Assembly (NCBI GenBank): GCA_036339875.1
Contig: JAYZAC010000052.1
Span: 1-14,618, forward strand
Direction: 5' to 3'
Origin: a bacterium
GTDB taxonomy: Bacteria > Muiribacteriota > UBA6191
Length of the DNA stretch: 14,618 nt
Made by a program: the position numbers and the translations under genes. A model generated the notes under the pieces. It did no database searches. It was not told the origin of the DNA and saw only the letters and a list, made by a program, of their open reading frames with translations. Below are positions 8,119 to 14,618 of this stretch, piece after piece (positions within the stretch are counted from its first letter, which is position 1; each line of letters starts with the position of its first letter).

Positions 8119-9544
8119 TATCAAGTGATCTTTCATGCAATAATTCACTCTCTACGGAAAGTAAACGAAGTAAATAAAAAATATAAAAAGTCATGATTTG
8201 AATTTTGAAAATGGGCTCGAATAAACTTACCAAAAATAAAGCTATGATCAGTGAGAAATATAATTGATAAAAAAGTAAAATCCCGTAACTTTCATAACAT
8301 TCAATTTTTATACTCTCTGAAAAGACTTTCAGTCTTAAATAAACAAAACTGATAAAAGAAATAGCGAATATTAAGAAACTCGCACTACCAATCAGACCTG
8401 TCTCAGCTAAAAGGCCAGTGTAGAAGCCATCCGCGTCGTGAAACTTAGTCATTATGGGATAGAGACCCAATCCAATCCCCTCTAATGGATTATCTAGAAA
8501 AATTTTGATAGCAGCTTTATAATTTTCTAAACGACCTAATGTTGATCGAATATTGTAAAGAATAACGGGATCGCTAGTTCCCGAGAATAGATAAAATACC
8601 GAGGTAATTCGGTGATAAATATCTCGAGGAAGAATTACTAAAATACTCAAACTTAATACTGGAAAACCAAGTATTAAAATTGGAATTTTAACTGCTTCTT
8701 TCCAACTTCGTAACCAGTCTAGAAATCTAAAAAACGCAAACGTACATAATGAAACAACTAGAATAAATATTCCATTTCGGGAGAGTGCCAGATTTAGTGT
8801 GATTAAATTTATAATCAAAGATATCCAGCAAAAATATCGTACTAGACCTCGAAATCGTAGCACCCCCATCAAAGCTAGTATTCCCATAAATCCAGCATAC
8901 ATACTTAATAATAATGAATCTTCAAATGTACCCGGAACACCTAATCGAATACTAACTTCACCATCAATCACTGAAGGAAAGCGGAAGCCATTATATTTTT
9001 GCCAAACCGCCATAAGATTAACCAAATAAGAAGCCCCAAGAATAGCTATTAGGAAAGGTTTAAGATCTTTTGCTGATATGTTCTGAATCACCCAATAAGT
9101 CAAGAAGAAATTAACGACATAGCTAATCCACTCACGAAACGAGACAATTATGACTTGAGAGCGCATTACCAAAATCAGAAGAACACTCAGAAAAAATATA
9201 CTAGCTAAAATTACTCGATCTAATTTTGGACGGTCATCATGCTTAAAAAAATTGAATAAATTCCAAGATCCGAATACGAGAAAAATGAAGTCGAACCAAT
9301 TTAATACTCGCCCACCTAAATGAATCCCCACGTCGGGAAAAAGTGGCATACCTACGCCTAACAATAAATATACGAAAGCCCTTACATTGCCTGACCAAAG
9401 TTGTGCTAATAAAAGAACCATAGCTAGCGCAATAATAAGTGTCAGATTAGATTGATATTGAATCCCTAAAGACAGCAAAATAGAACCAAAAATAAGAAGC
9501 CACAAACTCTGAATTTTTGTAGATCTAATCAAGCGCAGTTTCAT
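8108..9544 (-). CDS. O-antigen ligase / Wzy_C-like polytopic membrane protein (ligase, polymerase or O-oligosaccharyltransferase), 478 aa
   Basis: About 12 hydrophobic segments; LSRNG; periplasmic-loop signature S..GR...YKAAIKIFLDNPLEGIGLG; LLAETGLIG. Start placed at ATG 9544 (MKLRLIR). Confidence 0.8.
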   Translation of the reverse strand: MKLRLIRSTKIQSLWLLIFGSILLSLGIQYQSNLTLIIALAMVLLLAQLWSGNVRAFVYLLLGVGMPLFPDVGIHLGGRVLNWFDFIFLVFGSWNLFNFFKHDDRPKLDRVILASIFFLSVLLILVMRSQVIIVSFREWISYVVNFFLTYWVIQNISAKDLKPFLIAILGASYLVNLMAVWQKYNGFRFPSVIDGEVSIRLGVPGTFEDSLLLSMYAGFMGILALMGVLRFRGLVRYFCWISLIINLITLNLALSRNGIFILVVSLCTFAFFRFLDWLRSWKEAVKIPILILGFPVLSLSILVILPRDIYHRITSVFYLFSGTSDPVILYNIRSTLGRLENYKAAIKIFLDNPLEGIGLGLYPIMTKFHDADGFYTGLLAETGLIGSASFLIFAISFISFVYLRLKVFSESIKIECYESYGILLFYQLYFSLIIALFLVSLFEPIFKIQIMTFYIFYLLRLLSVESELLHERSLDNGV

Positions 9545-10553
9545 TATTTGTTGGCACCGAAAATGCAAAATCGAAAGTTAGTTTAGCTACTTTTTCCCAA
9601 GAAGCGATTGGCATTTCTTCGAATATATTTGTAAATAAAGTCTCTCTCAGCTCTGAGCTTCGCGATAAACTCAAAAGGTAGGTAGCCAATTCACGTGCAG
9701 ATTGAAAGAAAAAACCCGTTTTACCATGCAGCACTGTATTTAAATTGCCTCCTACAGGTGTTGCGAGAGTTATTAAACCGGCTTGATAAATACCCTCGGA
9801 TAAAGAAAGTGAATACCCTTCATAATAGGATGCATTGATCTGTACCTGAGCTTTTCTCATCAAATTTAGGACTTCGGAATAGGGTCTATCTCCAAGATAT
9901 TCAATCCCGGGCTCTGATTTGGCTAAGGACCCACCCAAGACTAATAATCGAATATTCTTATTTTTTTCTCGCACTAAGCGAATTCCTTCTCGAATTAAAT
10001 TAAATCTTTTAACCTTATCAGAGCTTCTTCCGCAAAATAGACACAATAATTCACTCTCGTTTCCAGAGCTCTTTGGTCTCTTAATACGTTGAGCCTCAAA
10101 GCCACCTCCCGAGGGAATTCGGCTAACTGGACCTCGATAACCCATTCTGTGAATCTCTCTGATAGCCCAATCACTGACTCCAATCACACCGTCTTTTCCT
10201 CTTCTAGAAGCCGACTCCATTGCAAGCCATTGAAGAAACTTTGGATGTATCCACAACCACGGTCGCTGATAAAGATTACCTAAAATGGTACCGTGAAAAG
10301 TATGAACTCTACGATACGCTTTGGGCATAGCTCCCAGTCCATAAATAGCGTGACTAAGACATAAATCATACTCATTATCATCAATCTCATGAATAACATT
10401 CAATGATTTACTTACAAACCCTAAAGGGTTATATAATACGCAAGACATTCCTATATTTTGAGCTGCTTCAGCAAAAGAAAGAATGAATCTTTCTACTCCA
10501 CCCACTCGATCCAGATGATAAGGTGCTACGATGATAACTTTGCGAGATTTCAA
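9525..10553 (-). CDS. GT4 (GT-B retaining) glycosyltransferase
   Basis: N-terminal GGVERF, HTFHG, VIGVS, GR....KR, EX7E motif SYYEGYSLSLSEG, ATPVGG...V.HGKTGF. TTG start overlaps the upstream TGA (TTGA, 10550-10553). Confidence 0.88.
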   Translation of the reverse strand: MKSRKVIIVAPYHLDRVGGVERFILSFAEAAQNIGMSCVLYNPLGFVSKSLNVIHEIDDNEYDLCLSHAIYGLGAMPKAYRRVHTFHGTILGNLYQRPWLWIHPKFLQWLAMESASRRGKDGVIGVSDWAIREIHRMGYRGPVSRIPSGGGFEAQRIKRPKSSGNESELLCLFCGRSSDKVKRFNLIREGIRLVREKNKNIRLLVLGGSLAKSEPGIEYLGDRPYSEVLNLMRKAQVQINASYYEGYSLSLSEGIYQAGLITLATPVGGNLNTVLHGKTGFFFQSARELATYLLSLSRSSELRETLFTNIFEEMPIASWEKVAKLTFDFAFSVPTNNETALD

Positions 10554-11224
10554 AACAACTCCAAAGCTTTTCGTAAATCCGGATGGAGATATTCGTGTGA
10601 AAGGTAATATTTTTTTTCATTCTCCGAAAGAATAGCACAAAACTGTATGAGATATTTTTTGGCATAAAATCGTTTCAGATCAAGATATTTATTTAGAGAA
10701 TTAACCATAGAACTAATTAGAAGGATACGAGGTATTGGCTTAGTTAAATACAAAGGATCCTTAAAAAGCCTAACCACTTTTTCAAAAAAAATAGAATAAT
10801 AAAAATAATTCATAGGGTCTAAATCGCATGCAAATTGCATAGACTGCATAAAATTGTAGTATTGTTGACTGTCGCCGCCCATTCTAGCTAGATAAAGATG
10901 GGTAGAAGCTTTCCAATAGTAGTATCGGGGATCCTTATCATAGAGTCGGATCGCTTTTTCAAATGCCTCGCAGGACAACTGGAAATACTCATCTTGAGAC
11001 TTTGAGAGCGCAGCCTCAATCCTAAAACGGCCCATGCAATACCATGCATAATGAGAGGAGGGGTTTTCTTCAATCCAAATCTCGGCAATTTTTAAGCCTC
11101 GCTGCCATGCTCCCGTCCTTAAAGTATCTTTTAATTGTTGGCGATAATTATGGTGCTCAAAATTACGAAAGTGTAGCGAAGCCACACTGTAAAAAAAAAT
11201 TAGATGAAAAATTAGACGATACAC
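10550..11224 (-). CDS. TPR-like alpha-helical protein with N-terminal signal/anchor helix
   Basis: Hydrophobic N-terminus (LIFHLIFFYSVASL); TPR-like units AWYCMGR...AFEKAIRLYDKDPRYYYWKAS...ACDLDPMNYFYY. GTG start with no clear RBS, so the start is uncertain. Confidence 0.7.
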   Translation of the reverse strand: MYRLIFHLIFFYSVASLHFRNFEHHNYRQQLKDTLRTGAWQRGLKIAEIWIEENPSSHYAWYCMGRFRIEAALSKSQDEYFQLSCEAFEKAIRLYDKDPRYYYWKASTHLYLARMGGDSQQYYNFMQSMQFACDLDPMNYFYYSIFFEKVVRLFKDPLYLTKPIPRILLISSMVNSLNKYLDLKRFYAKKYLIQFCAILSENEKKYYLSHEYLHPDLRKALELF

Positions 11225-11268
11225 AGACCGTCATTTTAATTCTTTAAGCTTCTTGAATCCAGTGAATC

Positions 11269-12048
11269 TCATGAACCATAGAATTCTACCCAATCCTGTC
11301 CAATCTCAATTTTATTCAATTTCACAGGAATAAGATCCATGAGAGGAAACTTATCAAGCTTAAGAACAGGATTAATCCGATTAACTACTTGGCCTGTTAC
11401 GAAGCTCGGTATCTTAAGTGAATTAAGCCTAACTCTACTTGCTTTGAAATCAACCGAACGACCATCTGGACGGACTTCGAAGTTTCCTTCGGTGCGTACT
11501 CTTGCTGAAAAAAATCGATTTCGAACTTTTGCAGAAAAAATCATCGCTCCATTTTTAAGCTCAATTTTGGGGTTTCTCAGATTAATACGTTTTTGTTCAG
11601 CCACTAGATAATTATTTATGTCATCTTCCTTCAATCTGAAATTAAATTTTACTGAATCGATGGACTTGATAACCAATTTGCTATCTATGATTAACCTACC
11701 TAAGTCAAATCTAACCCCGCGGAAAACCGCCCTGCCTCGTTTGATATTAAGATTTTCCATACCTTGAAGCATATTATCTTTAAAAATGACCTCTACCTGC
11801 CTAAAATGCCCACCAAAGATTTCGTCTCGAGAACTTGCGTAGAATCTTATTTTAATCGAATCGCCGCTTTTCAAGAACTCTTGCATGCCCGTGCGAAAAG
11901 CCTCCTGTACTTCGGCTATTTTAAGTGAGCCTAGACGCTCCTGATTATTTTGCCGATGCCATCCAAAATCAGGACTTGTCTTCGATTGAATTGACGTACC
12001 GAATCCAATCAAAAGAAGAAGAAATAGACCCGTATAATAATTCCTCAT
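11269..12048 (-). CDS. Exported LmeA/DUF2993-like (putative phospholipid-binding) beta-rich protein, 259 aa
   Basis: Signal/anchor MRNYYTGLFLLLLIGFG; alternating-hydrophobic beta strands; FRLKEDDINNYL and C-terminal INPVLKLDKFP...LNKIEI....V.F.G resemble DUF2993 proteins. ATG 12048 preferred over TTG 12066. Confidence 0.6.
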   Translation of the reverse strand: MRNYYTGLFLLLLIGFGTSIQSKTSPDFGWHRQNNQERLGSLKIAEVQEAFRTGMQEFLKSGDSIKIRFYASSRDEIFGGHFRQVEVIFKDNMLQGMENLNIKRGRAVFRGVRFDLGRLIIDSKLVIKSIDSVKFNFRLKEDDINNYLVAEQKRINLRNPKIELKNGAMIFSAKVRNRFFSARVRTEGNFEVRPDGRSVDFKASRVRLNSLKIPSFVTGQVVNRINPVLKLDKFPLMDLIPVKLNKIEIGQDWVEFYGS

Positions 12049-12079
12049 AATCCGTTGATCGGACAAAAGGAAACAAATA

Positions 12080-14560
12080 TTAACTATTTTTGTTAGTATC
12101 CTTCGACAGATCTGAGTAAATCGGACTAGCAGTTATACGTCTCGAACTCAAGAATGAAAGAAAAAATAACACCAATGCCACGATAGCTAGAATTTGAAAA
12201 GCCAACTCTGCCATACTGGGACTCTTGTAGTTACCATTGGCACTAGTGGAAAGCTGGCGTTTATTATTAGTATATTCACGCAGCTCAGCTTCCATTTTAT
12301 CCATTTCCGAGTAAAATTCTTCGAGAGCTCTGTCTCTTTGATTCTGACTTCCAAGAGAAAGATTCCTATTATTTTTGCTTGTATCAAAATCTAAAGCTCC
12401 GGAGTCAACAGCAGGTCCAGTCTTTTCAATACTAGATTCGTATCCTCTTGCTGCTGTATTTAGCTCAGTGTTTAAGGCCTGATTCTTTCTGGAATTGAAA
12501 ATCACTGGGTTCAAACGCTTTTCTATCTCATTAAGATAATCATCTAATTCTTCACTTCTATAGCCGTTCTCATGTGCTAAATTCATATAACGCTTAGAAA
12601 GCTCATATTGATTAGAAATAAAATACCTGCGACCAATGTCATAGTAGAATCCAGCATTAGATGTGATCTCGACCTGATCTGATTTTCCTTCATCAAAGCT
12701 TGATGAAAAACTATTCGTTGATCTAACATTTTGAGGCAGATCAGACTCAACGCCTTTATCCTGTACAAAGTTCCGATTTACTCGTTTTTCAGCAAATATC
12801 CTCTCACTTGAGGATTCATAAGGATTTCGTATGCTGCCATCCTCGTACTCAAGGGCTCCCAGATTTTCACCTGATGTTTCAGGCCTGACTTCTGGTCGAT
12901 CTACGATATAATCAACCGAACCCTGACGTTGTCGAATTGGAGATACTCGCGCACTGGATACAACATCTGGATCAGTAATAGCTAAATTTTCAATAGAGCG
13001 ACTAACTTGTAATGAATCTCTATCACCTTCTTGCGATTTAGGTAGGTACTCTGTTTTTTCTGCCTTACTAAAAACGATTTTGTCTAATTTTCGCCTCTTA
13101 ATGCTTGTATCCAGGATTTTAGCAACTGTAACTCCCCCATTATTTACATAAAATTTTTGAATCGTATTATCAACAATTTCACGATTATTACGATGTGTAC
13201 TTGCAACAAAAGCTTGATTACCCAATACAAAACCCAGCTGTAATTTTCCTAAGTAATAACGTTCAAATACCGCAGGTATTTTTCCTCGCGGACTCGGATA
13301 AACCCCATGAAAATAATCCTCTAGAAATTTTTTAACTGCTGTACGATCAAAAGTAGTGAAAATTTCTAATTCAAGGACTTCCTCATCGGCATTTTCAAGG
13401 TCTAAAGCCGAAACCTGTTCAGATTCGTCTTTCAGCAAATAATAGAGCTTTTGATATTGTTTGTTAGCCAAAAGTTTCTCTGGATAGACAAGTTGAAAAC
13501 TTGGCATTTGGAGATTTAGAGAAGAATCGTATTCTACTGTTGACTCTGAAGAAAGTTCAACGATCGGTTTTTCAGCTATGTCATTTGATTCAGGCAAACG
13601 ATCGGGAAGATTGGATTGACTTAGTCTTTGCTCAGCCTCACGGGCAGATCTCAGCATTAACTGCTCGGGGTCTATCGAAGACTCTTGAGGCGGGCTAATT
13701 GAATTCTCTTTAGATAATGAATCCCGAACGTCTTCAGACTTCTGAGAATCTACCTCCGCGACTTGAGACGTGCTGCTTTTGATAATCAAAGGTTGAGGAC
13801 CAATTTTCTCTTTACCAGACTGGGACACAGGCCACAAATATAAATGCATCAACTGTTCTCTGGAATGAGGACCTGCACCAGCACCGTCAGCCAAAACTCG
13901 AGTAGGAATCGAACCTCCATGTCTAGATTTCTGAGCTACAACAAGAGGCTCAAATTGCAAATCAAAATTCTGCTTTATACTATTCATAACTTCAGTAAGA
14001 AATCGCAAATTATAACTAGACATATCTCTCTGCCGACGACCTCGTAAGCGAAAACTACGTTGAAATTTTTTGTCAAAACTGAAGAACGTAACCGAATTGT
14101 GTGTATTGATGCCTTCAATCTCTACATGCAATGCAACGCTAAATTCACGACGACCTAGTTTGTAACTATAGTCTTTTACTCGCCCACGAACTAATGCTTC
14201 GACTTTATATTTTTTTCCGAGGTCCCTCAGAACGTCTGGATTCCCCTGATTGGCTACACTACTAAATTGCTGAGTTGCATCTGGGCTAAGCTCTACCGAA
14301 AAGTTATTATCTTTGACCAGTTGTTCAAGGAAAAAAGCACTGAAGTTATCCGCATCTTCTTTCAGTACAGAATCATCATGCCTCAGACTCGTTGCAGCCA
14401 CACGTAGCAAATACTGATTTTGGTCTAATCTCTTATTTGCACTAATTTTCTTACCATTCTTTGGCCTAAAAAAGCCGAAGCGATCGAACCGATGAGAGCA
14501 ACCCCAGAACGACATACAACTAGCCAACACAATAAGGTGGATTACTTTACGATTTAACAT
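12080..14560 (-). CDS. Large lipoprotein (826 aa): lipobox, PelC/CsgG-like alpha/beta domain, low-complexity linkers, middle globular domain, TPR, coiled coil, C-terminal TM helix
   Basis: ATG 14560 has a GAGG RBS and begins a signal peptide MLNRKVIHLIVLASCMSFWGC, with lipobox candidates LASC (Cys 14516-14518) and FWGC (Cys 14498-14500). Also LRDLGKKYKVEALVRGRVKDYSYKLG; TPR-like NAGFYYDIGRRYFISNQYELSKRYMNLAHENG (12563-12658); TM LAFQILAIVALVLFFLSFL followed by RR. Confidence 0.75.
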   Translation of the reverse strand: MLNRKVIHLIVLASCMSFWGCSHRFDRFGFFRPKNGKKISANKRLDQNQYLLRVAATSLRHDDSVLKEDADNFSAFFLEQLVKDNNFSVELSPDATQQFSSVANQGNPDVLRDLGKKYKVEALVRGRVKDYSYKLGRREFSVALHVEIEGINTHNSVTFFSFDKKFQRSFRLRGRRQRDMSSYNLRFLTEVMNSIKQNFDLQFEPLVVAQKSRHGGSIPTRVLADGAGAGPHSREQLMHLYLWPVSQSGKEKIGPQPLIIKSSTSQVAEVDSQKSEDVRDSLSKENSISPPQESSIDPEQLMLRSAREAEQRLSQSNLPDRLPESNDIAEKPIVELSSESTVEYDSSLNLQMPSFQLVYPEKLLANKQYQKLYYLLKDESEQVSALDLENADEEVLELEIFTTFDRTAVKKFLEDYFHGVYPSPRGKIPAVFERYYLGKLQLGFVLGNQAFVASTHRNNREIVDNTIQKFYVNNGGVTVAKILDTSIKRRKLDKIVFSKAEKTEYLPKSQEGDRDSLQVSRSIENLAITDPDVVSSARVSPIRQRQGSVDYIVDRPEVRPETSGENLGALEYEDGSIRNPYESSSERIFAEKRVNRNFVQDKGVESDLPQNVRSTNSFSSSFDEGKSDQVEITSNAGFYYDIGRRYFISNQYELSKRYMNLAHENGYRSEELDDYLNEIEKRLNPVIFNSRKNQALNTELNTAARGYESSIEKTGPAVDSGALDFDTSKNNRNLSLGSQNQRDRALEEFYSEMDKMEAELREYTNNKRQLSTSANGNYKSPSMAELAFQILAIVALVLFFLSFLSSRRITASPIYSDLSKDTNKNS

Positions 14561-14618
14561 GGTCCTCAGAGCACCCAAAATCACATAAATTGGATTAAAT
14601 GACGAATTTTTGTCCATA

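Noticed and set aside
11195..11218. 12-bp tandem near-repeat AAAAATTAGA(T/C)G
   Set aside because: Only two copies, encoding RLIF/HLIF in a hydrophobic signal; likely chance or trivial duplication.
5997..11224. Glycan genes as a horizontally acquired island (look more AT-rich by eye)
   Set aside because: No integrase, tRNA, IS or flanking repeats; composition was not computed and is explainable by Phe/Ile/Leu-rich membrane proteins.
8799..14047. Short 61-90 aa ORFs overlapping the minus-strand operon
   Set aside because: Nested in or antisense to longer coherent genes; no RBS or domain evidence.
14561..14617. 19-aa extension of the lipoprotein from ATG 14617
   Set aside because: ATG 14560 has a GAGG RBS and gives a normal-length signal peptide; the upstream context is cut by the window edge.
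1..14618. CRISPR array, tRNA/rRNA, transposase or anti-phage defence genes
   Set aside because: No spaced repeats, RNA-gene signatures, or nuclease/recombinase motifs were seen; nearly all sequence is accounted for by the nine CDSs.

Overview
AT-rich bacterial window with two convergent blocks. On the + strand: the 3' ~955 codons of an AcrB/MdtB-like RND transporter (5' end outside the window), a structured 143-bp intergenic region with a plausible sigma70 promoter, and a single-chain glycine dehydrogenase whose motifs are those of the normally split GcvPA/GcvPB type. It looks like a GcvPA-GcvPB fusion, with no gcvT/gcvH beside it. On the - strand: a tightly packed seven-gene cell-envelope glycan operon (14560->5997). 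It encodes a large lipoprotein with a PelC/CsgG-like N-domain, a TPR and a C-terminal TM helix; an LmeA/DUF2993-like protein; a TPR-like protein; a GT4; an O-antigen-ligase/Wzy-like membrane protein with altered motifs; a GT2; and a GumH/AceC-like GT4. This operon is the best candidate for an undescribed system, possibly glycolipid or glycan synthesis plus trans-envelope export, or protein glycosylation. No RNA genes, CRISPR arrays or mobile elements were seen. All family calls come from motif recognition by eye; no searches were run.
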